Under the pieces are notes generated by a model. That model was not told the DNA's origin. It was given only the letters and a program-made list of their open reading frames with translations, and did not search any database. Shown here piece by piece: positions 8,454-16,459 of a DNA stretch of 64,000 bases. Source of the stretch: Candidatus Undinarchaeota archaeon (GTDB taxonomy: Archaea > SpSt-1190 > DYHY01 > CAZGQF01); the NCBI GenBank assembly GCA_964527545.1, contig CAZGQF010000002.1:23452-87451 (forward strand), in the 5' to 3' direction. How positions within the stretch are numbered: the stretch's first letter is position 1; every line of letters begins with the position of its first letter. The position numbers were made by a program, and so were the translations under genes.

Positions 8454-9377
8454 ATGAAGCTCGACGTTGCAGTGGTCGGCGACATCAACGTGGACATCCT
8501 CTCTTCCGTCAGCCAGCTCCCCAAGAAGGAGGAAGAGGTCTCCCTGGAGAAGATGCATCTCGCTCCGGGCGGAAACGCCTGCCTCTCCGCCCTGGCCTGC
8601 AGGAGACTGGGGATGGGGACAGGCTTCGTGGGGAAGATAGGGAACGACCCCTTCGGGGGCTACCTCCTCGACGTCCTCCAGGACGAGGGGGTCGACATAG
8701 GCGGCCTCAAGATAGTGAAGGGACAGACAGGGGCGACGGTCGCCCTCGTCTACCCCGACTCCAAGCGCAGCTTCCTCTCCTACAAGGGCGTCACCTCCTC
8801 CCTCTCGCTCCGCGACGTCGACTGGGAGTACATTTCCAGCGCCGACGTGCTACTGCTCGCAGGCTTCTATCACTGCTCCTCCCTGCGCGCCGACGGCATG
8901 CTCCTCTTCAAGAAGGCGAAGGAGAAGGGGATGACCACGGCGATCGACACCAGCTTCGACACCAAGGGGAGGTGGAAGGACGTCTACCCGCTCCTCAAGT
9001 ACACGGACATCTTCTTCCTGGGGTGCGAGCGCGAGGGAGTGACGGGGGAGAAGGCGCCCATGAGCGCCGGCTCTTTCCTGCTGGAGAGGGGCGTGAAGAC
9101 TGCCTGCGTGAAGATGGGCGAGGAGGGCTCAATCGTAATGGACAGAGAGGAGGGCTGCGAGGAGGTCCCTGCCTTCGACGTGGAGGCTGTTGACGGGACG
9201 GGCGCAGGCGACGCCTTCAACGCAGGGTTCCTGCTCGGCCTCAAGGAGGGCCGCCCCCTGAGGGAGCGCGGCCTTCTCGCGAACGCTGTCGGCGCCCTGG
9301 TGGCAACGGAGTACGGCGGCTACGGGGCCCTCCCAACGCGGAAGAGGCTGGAAGAGTTCCTTGAAGAGAGGGCCTGA
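8454..9377 (+). CDS. PfkB-family carbohydrate kinase (ribokinase-like)
   Basis: N-terminal VVGDINVDIL and C-terminal DGTGAGDAFNAGF anion-hole motif. Confidence 0.75.
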   Translation: MKLDVAVVGDINVDILSSVSQLPKKEEEVSLEKMHLAPGGNACLSALACRRLGMGTGFVGKIGNDPFGGYLLDVLQDEGVDIGGLKIVKGQTGATVALVYPDSKRSFLSYKGVTSSLSLRDVDWEYISSADVLLLAGFYHCSSLRADGMLLFKKAKEKGMTTAIDTSFDTKGRWKDVYPLLKYTDIFFLGCEREGVTGEKAPMSAGSFLLERGVKTACVKMGEEGSIVMDREEGCEEVPAFDVEAVDGTGAGDAFNAGFLLGLKEGRPLRERGLLANAVGALVATEYGGYGALPTRKRLEEFLEERA

Positions 9378-10232
9378 ATGGCGAGCTGGCAGCTCTACGT
9401 CGCCCTTGCAGTCATCTTCTACACCCTCAACACCCTCCTCAACAAGGTGACCGCTCGCGACCGTCCGGGGGAGTTCGCTTCCCTGGCGCTCCAGCTCGTT
9501 GCCTCATTTCTTCTACTGCCGACTGTAGAGGGGTTGCCGAGCGGCAGCTGGGTCTGGGGCTGGACACTCCTTGCCTCATTTCTCTACGGCGTCAGCTCCC
9601 TGCTCGTCTTCGACGCCTACTCCATAGGCGACGTCTCCATAATAGCGCCCCTGTTCAACTTCCAGCCGGTCGTCCTCCTCTTCCTGGCTGTCTTCTTTCT
9701 CGGCGAGTCTTTCGGAATGCAGAAACTGCTGGGAGTGCTGCTCGTCGCACTCGGAGCCTCCCACCTCAAGAAGTCTCACGACATAGTCTCCAGCCTGAAG
9801 GCTTTGTTCGAGGAGAAGAGCGCTGCCTTGACACTTGCGGCCACGGCGCTCTTCGCCGGTGCCAGGACAATCGACAAGATGGTCCTTCCCTTCTTCGACA
9901 CGACCACCTACGCCTTCGTGCAGTGGTTTTTGCCAGGCTGCGTGGTCGCGACCTACGTCCTGGGCAGGCATGAGGCCAAGGACTTCTTCCGCTTCTTCAG
10001 GAGGAGGTTCATTGTTGTCCTGGTGAACGGGATCACAGGCGTCCTCGGCAATGTCTCCCTGCTCCTCGCCATCCGCCAGGCGGAAGTGAGCGTGGTGGTG
10101 CCTCTAGCCAACCTCAGCACCTTCTTTGCCGTCCTCCTCTCTCACAAGCTGCTGGGCGAGAAGATGAACGGGAGGCCCATCGCCGCCGCGGTCATGGTGG
10201 CGGGGGCCATTCTCGTCCTCACCGTTCCATGA
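9378..10232 (+). CDS. EamA/DMT-family transporter
   Basis: About 10 predicted TM helices in two halves; ATG immediately follows the kinase stop (TGAATG). Confidence 0.6.
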   Translation: MASWQLYVALAVIFYTLNTLLNKVTARDRPGEFASLALQLVASFLLLPTVEGLPSGSWVWGWTLLASFLYGVSSLLVFDAYSIGDVSIIAPLFNFQPVVLLFLAVFFLGESFGMQKLLGVLLVALGASHLKKSHDIVSSLKALFEEKSAALTLAATALFAGARTIDKMVLPFFDTTTYAFVQWFLPGCVVATYVLGRHEAKDFFRFFRRRFIVVLVNGITGVLGNVSLLLAIRQAEVSVVVPLANLSTFFAVLLSHKLLGEKMNGRPIAAAVMVAGAILVLTVP

Positions 10233-10794
10233 CGCGTCCCTGGAGCTTGTGCTGGACTGCTGTCAGAACTACGAATAGGGCGGCCACCGCCAGCATCGCG
10301 TTGGTGAAAGTGGACTCCAGCCCGACCACGCTGAGCCCTTCCGCTGCCTTGGCCCCGAGGTAGGCGTAGAAGAATGCGCGCGGGATGCCTCCGATAACAG
10401 TCGCGTTCATGAAGCTGTTGAAGTCGATCGACGTGAGGCCGGCCGAGTAGCTGATCAGGTCAGAAGGTATCATCGGTGTGAGACGGCCGGCGAGGACCGC
10501 CTTTGCCCCGTGCTTAGCGAACCACCTGTCCGAGACTGCGAGGCTGCTCTTGCCGATGACCTTCTCGACGTAGCCGCGCCCGAATCTCCTGGCGAGGAGG
10601 AATCCGACAGTGCCGCCAGCTATCTCTCCCAGCCCCCCCACCAGGCCTGCCAGGACGAAGCCGAATGAGACCCCGCCAAGCATCAGCACGCCTTCGCTCG
10701 GTATGGGCGCCACTATGGTCTGTATCACCATCAGTGAGAAAAAGCCTGCGAGGCCGTACTTCACGGCGGCCGACGCTATCCAGCCGTCCAACAT
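10219..10794 (-). CDS. DedA/SNARE-associated (TVP38/TMEM64) family membrane protein
   Basis: Signature ...VAPIPSE... with flanking hydrophobic helices. Confidence 0.65.
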   Translation of the reverse strand: MLDGWIASAAVKYGLAGFFSLMVIQTIVAPIPSEGVLMLGGVSFGFVLAGLVGGLGEIAGGTVGFLLARRFGRGYVEKVIGKSSLAVSDRWFAKHGAKAVLAGRLTPMIPSDLISYSAGLTSIDFNSFMNATVIGGIPRAFFYAYLGAKAAEGLSVVGLESTFTNAMLAVAALFVVLTAVQHKLQGRVMER

Positions 10795-10836
10795 GGGAAA
10801 CCCCCCTGAAGCCCGCTTAAAAGAGTTGAGAAGGTT

Positions 10837-11088
10837 CTATTCATCATAGTTCTTTTTTCTCTCCTGCTCGTCCCCTCTTCCTAAAAGGGCGTTGAAGAAG
10901 GAGTCAGGGAGTTCGGGAGGTTTCTCTTCCGGGTTTTTCTGGTAGAACTCTTCGAAGGCCTCATCCTGGAATCTCTTCAGCGCCTTGTCCAGTCTCTCGA
11001 CCTCGTTCCAGTCCCTCTTTTTGAGAGCATCTTGGTAGCTCTCCGACAGCTCGCTGTACCGCCGCCCGCTGTAGTCCTTCTCTTCCAT
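10837..11088 (-). CDS. Hypothetical acidic protein
   Basis: 83-aa ORF, charged helical composition; no motif recognised. Confidence 0.35.
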   Translation of the reverse strand: MEEKDYSGRRYSELSESYQDALKKRDWNEVERLDKALKRFQDEAFEEFYQKNPEEKPPELPDSFFNALLGRGDEQERKKNYDE

Positions 11089-11107
11089 TTTTATCCCAGC
11101 AGTTCTC

Positions 11108-11476
11108 TCAGTTCTGGAGTTCTTTGTAGAGTTCCTCTCTCACGGCATCGACTCCGAAGTAGCCCTGCTCCCCCATGAAGAGTTCCAGGTCTTCGACCTT
11201 CTTGAAGTATCTCTCTGCCCAATCTTCTCTGCCGTCTTGGAGTTCTTTCTCTGCCTCTCCCAGAAGGCCCTCAGCTGTCCCTATCACGACGCTGTTGAAG
11301 GTTTTTTTGGCGCCCTCAGGGACCTTGAGCCTCCCGCGGATCTCCTCCACGCGAAGGCCCTTCATCTTCTGCAGCTTCCAGTACGCCTTGTTGAATTTGC
11401 CTTCCCTCTCCGCGCGGAAAGCAGGTGCCAGGAGTCTGGTGTACTGTTCTTGTGTCGCGTTTTCATCCACGTCCAT
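11108..11476 (-). CDS. Hypothetical protein
   Basis: 122-aa ORF directly upstream of the preceding one on the same strand. Confidence 0.4.
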   Translation of the reverse strand: MDVDENATQEQYTRLLAPAFRAEREGKFNKAYWKLQKMKGLRVEEIRGRLKVPEGAKKTFNSVVIGTAEGLLGEAEKELQDGREDWAERYFKKVEDLELFMGEQGYFGVDAVREELYKELQN

Positions 11477-11577
11477 AGTTAGTCATTATACAGTAGTGAC
11501 TTAAATAGCTTACGGTCCAGATTATGGATTAAAGTCCCTTTTCTGGGCCCTAAAGCGCTCGAGCCAGGGCTGGGAAG

Positions 11578-11613
11578 TCCATGGACTGGAGGGATTCAAA
11601 GCGGTCAATGTCC
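11578..11613. repeat. Truncated copy of tRNA-Ala 3' end plus GGTCAATGTCC module
   Basis: CCATGGACTGGAGGG is identical to 11839-11853 in the tRNA-Ala gene; followed by a degenerate T-arm and GGTCAATGTCC, which recurs at 63507-63517. Confidence 0.6.
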
Positions 11614-11716
11614 TGTGACTCCGTCACAGGCTGGAAGGAAACTTCGTTTCCGACATCCCCGCGAGCCTGTGCTGTCTTTGATAGCACCAAGAAATTTTCT
11701 TTGGGGTTGGACAACC

Positions 11717-11743
11717 CCCTAATTGAGCGGAGCTCAATTGGGC
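11717..11743. repeat. Quasi-palindromic motif CCCTAATTGAGCGGAGCTCAATTGGG (copy 1)
   Basis: Inverted repeat ATTGAGC/GCTCAAT; near-identical copy in opposite orientation at 63682-63706; preceded by palindrome GGGGTTGGACAACCCC. Confidence 0.6.
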
Positions 11744-11841
11744 GCAATCGAGCTATATTGGAAACATTGTTTCCTACTATCGTACGAAGCTCTGCTTCGT
11801 AGATGCTCGATTAGCGTTTCTTTGGAAAAGAAAGGGGGCCA

Positions 11842-11915
11842 TGGACTGGAGGGGATTTGAACCCCTGGCCGCCTCGATGCGAACGAGGCGCTCTACCAGA
11901 CTGAGCTACCAGCCC
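11842..11915 (-). tRNA. tRNA-Ala (anticodon CGC)
   Basis: Manual fold: acceptor GGGCTGG with G3:U70, D arm GCTC-AGTCTGGTA-GAGC, anticodon arm CCTCG-UUCGCAU-CGAGG, T arm AGGGG-TTCAAAT-CCCCT, discriminator A; 74 nt. Confidence 0.85.
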
Positions 11916-11994
11916 GTGTGTTTACCTATGCGAGCGCCGTTGGCGAAGCCAACGAGCGCCCCAGCGCCGGCCGATGGGTTGCGGCCGCGTCTGT

Positions 11995-12015
11995 ACCAGA
12001 CTGAGCTACCAGCCC
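11995..12015. repeat. Duplicated 5' segment of tRNA-Ala (21 nt) without a matching 3' half
   Basis: ACCAGACTGAGCTACCAGCCC at 11995-12015 is identical to 11895-11915 (tRNA positions 1-21); downstream sequence is GC-rich and lacks a CCAGCCC/CCAGTCC acceptor strand. Confidence 0.55.
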
Positions 12016-12047
12016 TTGCAGAAATCTCGGCCACGTCGCTTAAAAAA

Positions 12048-13004
12048 CTATAGAGAAGTCGGTGGTTTCAGCCATCTCTCAAGCCAGAGATAGGCGTTCT
12101 CCCAGCTTTTCCTGTCGAAGTGGTGGCCGCCCTCGAACCAGGCAAGCTCGAGGCTGTCTTCCGCGCCTTCCTTTACGTAGGACTCCTCCAGCACTCCGTA
12201 GGCCCTCTCCACAGCCTTCTTGGGGAAGTTCTCGTCCTGCACGGCGGAGACCATCATCATCGGCCTGGGCGCGACCAGGGAGGCCACCTCTGGCAGGTCC
12301 GTTCTTTCGAGCAGGCCTGGGATGTAGGGGAGGAAGCAGTGGTAGACCCGCGTCTCCAGTATCTCTGGAAAGGAGCCCATGGCACAGCTGGCAACGACCG
12401 CCCCTAATCTCTCGTCCAGGGCCGCCGCCATCCAAGCCTGCATCCCGCCGAGCGAGTGGCCGGCCGCGCCTATGCCCTTGACGAACGACAGGGAGGAGAG
12501 GTAGTCCGCACATGAGATGACGTCCTCGACCATAGTCTTGGCGATGCAGGAGCCGTGGAGCAGCGCTCTTGTCGCCTCGAACCTCTCGTCCCCGCCAGGC
12601 AGCCTCTCCTCGCTCGGCGTCACGTTGGGGTCGTGCCTCTCCTCGAAGCAGATGGAGTCGGGCGCGAGTACAGCAAAACCTCGCCGGGCGAGCTCCCTGC
12701 CGAAAGGGATGGAACCGTTCTCTGCGTTGTAGTCTCTCCCGTCCACGGGCAGCCCCATCACCTCGCTCTTCCCGACTTCGTACTGGAGGTCTGCCTGGTG
12801 GAGAGCGATGACAGCCGGCCAGGGCCCCTCCCCCTCCGGAAGGGCGAGGTAGGCGGGGATCTCCCTGTCGGTCTTCAGAAGGAGCTTCTTCAGAGTGAAC
12901 CCTTCCTCGTCTCTCTCCTCGCCCTCCTCGACGGAGAGCTTCTTGTTCCTTCTCAGGCCGCCCATCGCCTTCTCGAGGAAATGTGTCAGCTCTTCTCTCT
13001 CCAT
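12048..13004 (-). CDS. Alpha/beta-hydrolase (dienelactone hydrolase/esterase-like)
   Basis: Nucleophile elbow GHSLGG, C-terminal His; start set at ATG 13004, one nt after the upstream gene stop. Confidence 0.6.
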   Translation of the reverse strand: MEREELTHFLEKAMGGLRRNKKLSVEEGEERDEEGFTLKKLLLKTDREIPAYLALPEGEGPWPAVIALHQADLQYEVGKSEVMGLPVDGRDYNAENGSIPFGRELARRGFAVLAPDSICFEERHDPNVTPSEERLPGGDERFEATRALLHGSCIAKTMVEDVISCADYLSSLSFVKGIGAAGHSLGGMQAWMAAALDERLGAVVASCAMGSFPEILETRVYHCFLPYIPGLLERTDLPEVASLVAPRPMMMVSAVQDENFPKKAVERAYGVLEESYVKEGAEDSLELAWFEGGHHFDRKSWENAYLWLERWLKPPTSL

Positions 13005-13005
13005 T

Positions 13006-14472
13006 TCACACCTCCTCCAGTTCGTAGATGAAAACATTTTCGTCGCCGTAGACTCTCTCAAGGCCTTCAAGCTCCTCGCCGCGGGCCGCCCTGAAGAGCA
13101 GAGTCTTCTCCGCCTTCTCTGTCGGCTCCCAGTCCTTTAGGTAGGGCGAGCTATCTCCGCTCGAGGCGAGGGAGATGGCGTAGAGGAACTTTCTGTCCTG
13201 CTGGGAGACGAGGAGGTGGGAGGCGCCAAGCTCTTTCATCGCTTTCGCAGTCTCCAGCCCTCCCTCCGCCAGCAGGGCGTCCGCCACTTTTCGCACCCTC
13301 TCTTCCGGGTCGCAGAACTCGCACTCGACCTCTCTGAGCTCCTCTTCGCTCATCGCCGCGTACTTGGCGACAGTCTTCAGCACTGCTCTCGAAGGGCCGT
13401 CGATGACGACCTCCCTGCCTGTCATGCCGTGGACCTGCTGGCCTTCATCCCACCAGCCCAGGAAGACAGCGTCGTCCGGCGCCTCGGCCGAGACCCACTT
13501 CAGTGCTGAGAAGAGCTCGTGGTTGACGGGAGCGCGAACTGCCACACCATCTCTCTCATAGGCGATCTCCTGCGTCTCAAGCATCTCCCTGGCCTCCTCG
13601 TCCTTTCTTTCCGTGCGGACTTCGAAGCCTTCTCCGTTTGAGGTTATCTCTACTTCGCCGTTGACCTCGTCGACGTAGACTGGCGCGTCGAACTTGGCGA
13701 GGTTCGCATAGGAGGCGATGGAGAAGAAGACTGCCTCGGGCGAGACGGCATCAAGGAACTCCGGGGAAGAGGCGTCGAGGAGGCCGTGGTGACCGGCCTT
13801 CAGGACGTCGGCGTCGAGCTCCTCGCCAGACGAGAGGAGGCCATCTTCGCACTGGAGGTTGCAGTCCCCTGTCAAGAGAGCAGAGAAGTCGCCGTAGGTC
13901 AGCTTGATGACCAATGAGTTGCGGTTGCCGTTGCCCTCCTCCTCTATCTCCTCCGGCCAGAGGACTCTCATCTCCACGGAGCTGTCCACCCGTATCTCGT
14001 CTCCTCTCTCAAGTTTTCCTTCAGGTTTCTCCCTCATCAGCTTTGCAATCTCGCTTCCCCCCACCACTCCCGCCTCCTCAATGTCGCCGTTGTGGTAGAA
14101 CTTTCTTACTGGAAAGTCCCGCTCGAAGAGGTGCAGGAGGCCCTGGAAGTGGTCGCCGTGCGGGTGTGTCAGCACCACAGCGTCGAGAGAGGCGACCCCC
14201 TTCTCAGCGAGGTGGCCCGTGATGTCGTTCTCACCGCCGTCTACCAGGATCCTCTTTCCATGAGGCGTCGTGATCAGGATCGACTCCCTGACGTCGAGTA
14301 GCGTGATGGTGAGGTTTCCGGCATCTTGGTTTTCCGCAGTTTCAAAACTGTTCTCCACCTCCGCCCCCGGCGACTCTTTCGTGATGCCCGTCTCTTCTGA
14401 TACCTCTATCTGCTCCTCGCCGACACAGCCTGCCGTGAGAATGGCGATCACGAGCAGGAGTTCCCATCTCAT
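13006..14472 (-). CDS. Secreted lipoprotein with metallo-beta-lactamase fold domain
   Basis: Signal peptide with lipobox-like LTAGC; MBL motif VLTHPHGDH and later GHHG; about 200-aa uncharacterised C-terminal region. Confidence 0.6.
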   Translation of the reverse strand: MRWELLLVIAILTAGCVGEEQIEVSEETGITKESPGAEVENSFETAENQDAGNLTITLLDVRESILITTPHGKRILVDGGENDITGHLAEKGVASLDAVVLTHPHGDHFQGLLHLFERDFPVRKFYHNGDIEEAGVVGGSEIAKLMREKPEGKLERGDEIRVDSSVEMRVLWPEEIEEEGNGNRNSLVIKLTYGDFSALLTGDCNLQCEDGLLSSGEELDADVLKAGHHGLLDASSPEFLDAVSPEAVFFSIASYANLAKFDAPVYVDEVNGEVEITSNGEGFEVRTERKDEEAREMLETQEIAYERDGVAVRAPVNHELFSALKWVSAEAPDDAVFLGWWDEGQQVHGMTGREVVIDGPSRAVLKTVAKYAAMSEEELREVECEFCDPEERVRKVADALLAEGGLETAKAMKELGASHLLVSQQDRKFLYAISLASSGDSSPYLKDWEPTEKAEKTLLFRAARGEELEGLERVYGDENVFIYELEEV

Positions 14473-14504
14473 CCCCAGACAAATGACCCCTCAAATAAAA
14501 AATC

Positions 14505-14996
14505 TCACAGCTTTTTCTTCATCACGACTATCCAGAAACTGACTCCCTTGTTTTCAGCGAGCTTCTCGCCGCTCTTCCTGAAGCCGAGCTTTCTGTAGAA
14601 GTCGACCGCAGTCAGGCTGGCGGGGACAACCAGCTCTTCCACTCCTCTCTCGCGCGCCTCTTCCTCCACCCTCTTCATCAGGGCGGAGCCGATGCCCTCT
14701 CCCGCCCTGTCAAGTCTCACGAAGACGCTCTGCACGCCTCCATCTCTCTTCAGGCTGGCCGTCCCAACCACCTCGCCGTCCTCCTCCGCGACAAGCACGA
14801 GCCTCTTTTCTGCCTTCCCTAGGATCTTCTCTGGGCTGTTCCCGCCGGCCAGCATCTCTATCACCTCGTCCGGATAGTCGCGGGAGTTGACCTCCCTCAG
14901 GGCACTTATCACCAGGTCGCTCACCTCTTCCGCGTCCTCCTCCCTGAACTCCCGGATTTTCAATCTTCCCTCTACTCTCCACGCGGATTTAACCAT
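14505..14996 (-). CDS. GNAT family N-acetyltransferase
   Basis: VRLDRAGEGIGSALMKRVEEEARERG acetyl-CoA binding motif. Confidence 0.65.
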   Translation of the reverse strand: MVKSAWRVEGRLKIREFREEDAEEVSDLVISALREVNSRDYPDEVIEMLAGGNSPEKILGKAEKRLVLVAEEDGEVVGTASLKRDGGVQSVFVRLDRAGEGIGSALMKRVEEEARERGVEELVVPASLTAVDFYRKLGFRKSGEKLAENKGVSFWIVVMKKKL

Positions 14997-15050
14997 AATC
15001 TACGACTTTCGAATGGTAAAACTCTTAAAACCACCTTTCTCTCTCTTTTC

Positions 15051-15431
15051 ATGGGGAAGGATTATGGCCATCTCTCCCGCGTGATGGAGGGCGCCGACAG
15101 GTTGGAGATAGAGTCCCGTGACAGCCGCATCAGTTGCAGGGTGCGCTTTGACGGGGAAAACGTGGAGTACTCTTTCCTTGGAATCAACCTCTGGGGGAAG
15201 AGACTGAAGAAGAGAGTGGGCAAGTATCTCAAAATACTGGGCGTGGGGGGGACAGAGTTCGAGCCCTTTGATGATGATGTGGTCGTGGGCGATGGGGAGG
15301 GCGGCATACCGACGCCGAAGCAGGTCAATGACTTTTATCACAGGCACAGGAGGAATTACAGCGGCAATTACCGTCTCGTTGTGGAGAAAAGCGGAGAGAC
15401 GAAAAGCTACATACTGAATCGTGGTCTGTGA
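15051..15431 (+). CDS. Hypothetical protein
   Basis: 126-aa ORF whose stop overlaps the start of the next gene (ATGA at 15428-15431). Confidence 0.4.
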   Translation: MGKDYGHLSRVMEGADRLEIESRDSRISCRVRFDGENVEYSFLGINLWGKRLKKRVGKYLKILGVGGTEFEPFDDDVVVGDGEGGIPTPKQVNDFYHRHRRNYSGNYRLVVEKSGETKSYILNRGL

Positions 15432-15916
15432 AGATGGAGAACAAGGCGTCCTACCAAGAGGAGAGCGTGGAGATAGGCGGAGAGTTCTATCCGAAGAGGT
15501 CCTTCAGGAGTCCCGGCAAGGACTCAGAGTACGTCTTCATCGAGATAGATGTCGAGGGCAGGACCTGCGAATCTGAGTGGTACCTGTCGAAGGTACTGCT
15601 CGACAGGCTCTCCTATCACGGCTCCTACGACGGCCACTACGCCCAGTTGATGCACATCAATGTCCCTGGCGAGAAGAGGAGGGGCGGCTTCGGGACCGCC
15701 CTAATCGAGTTCGGCGTCGAGGAGGCGAAAAGATACGGCTGCAGTCTCGGCTACGGCACTCTCCCGAGTGAAGACGGGAAGGGCCTCTACTCAACGGACG
15801 AGGTGAACAACGAGGCGAGGGGAGAGTTCTACCGCCAGTCGCTGGAGAGTTGCGGCTGCCGCTTTTTCTGGGACCTGGAGAGAGAGGGAAGGTTCATATT
15901 CCTCTTGCCTGAGTGA
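15428..15916 (+). CDS. Hypothetical protein with GNAT-like motif
   Basis: INVPGEKRRGGFGTALIEFGVEEAKRYG resembles GNAT motif A; translationally coupled to the upstream ORF. Confidence 0.4.
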   Translation: MKMENKASYQEESVEIGGEFYPKRSFRSPGKDSEYVFIEIDVEGRTCESEWYLSKVLLDRLSYHGSYDGHYAQLMHINVPGEKRRGGFGTALIEFGVEEAKRYGCSLGYGTLPSEDGKGLYSTDEVNNEARGEFYRQSLESCGCRFFWDLEREGRFIFLLPE

Positions 15917-15960
15917 GGCAGGCCGGGAAGGGATTTATACGAGGGCCGTGGGTGGTCTCC

Positions 15961-16338
15961 ATGCGACTCCTCTCCTTGTTGACGCTTCTCCTTCTGCTCT
16001 CGCCAGCTGCCGCGCAGGGGGGCGGCAGGGACTATATGCTCCTCCCCATCTCTCTCGCCTTGGTCATTCTCTACCTCCTCACTCTCGGCCTCGTGAGGGC
16101 GGGCGCTCTCTCCGTTGCCAGGCAGAAAGCCTTCTGGAACTTCGTCCTTCTAATTTCTTTCCTCATCTCAGGCGGCCTCGGCATCCTCCTCGTTCTCAGG
16201 ATCAACTACGGCCTGGCACTCTCTCTCCCCTTCAGCCAGCTCCGTCTCCACGTCGTCTCAGGCATCGTGATGGCGGTCGTCTCCGTTTTCCACGTCGTCT
16301 GGCACCTGCCCTACTTCAGGGCCGCCCTCAAGAGGTAA
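15961..16338 (+). CDS. Small membrane protein with signal peptide (hypothetical)
   Basis: ORF track 15913..16338; ATG at 15961 lies about 25 nt downstream of TATA-like GGATTTATAC (leaderless arrangement); signal peptide plus 3 hydrophobic helices. Confidence 0.45.
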   Translation: MRLLSLLTLLLLLSPAAAQGGGRDYMLLPISLALVILYLLTLGLVRAGALSVARQKAFWNFVLLISFLISGGLGILLVLRINYGLALSLPFSQLRLHVVSGIVMAVVSVFHVVWHLPYFRAALKR

Positions 16339-16340
16339 AA

Positions 16341-16350
16341 CCTTATATAA
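16341..16350 (+). promoter_or_regulatory. Archaeal TATA box (CCTTATATAA) upstream of the por operon
   Basis: Canonical TTATATA element preceded by A-rich BRE-like bases, about 110 nt upstream of the porGD start. Confidence 0.4.
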
Positions 16351-16459
16351 CCCATGCTAGCCCATAGCAACATGTTGCCCGAGAGCAAGGCGCTGTCCAT
16401 TCTCGAGGTAGCTGCAGTACTGGTGCGCTGAGCGCCCCAGGTTTTTCTGAGGTGTCCAA

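Noticed and set aside
11916-12015. Second tRNA-Ala gene upstream of the first
   Set aside because: Only the first 21 nt (acceptor 5' strand and D-arm start) match; no 3' acceptor strand, T-arm or anticodon arm can be folded, so it is a fragment rather than a tRNA gene.
12062-12513. ORFs of 139-144 aa on both strands overlapping the alpha/beta-hydrolase gene
   Set aside because: Arg/Pro/Gly-rich translations in alternative frames of a gene with a clear GHSLGG hydrolase motif.
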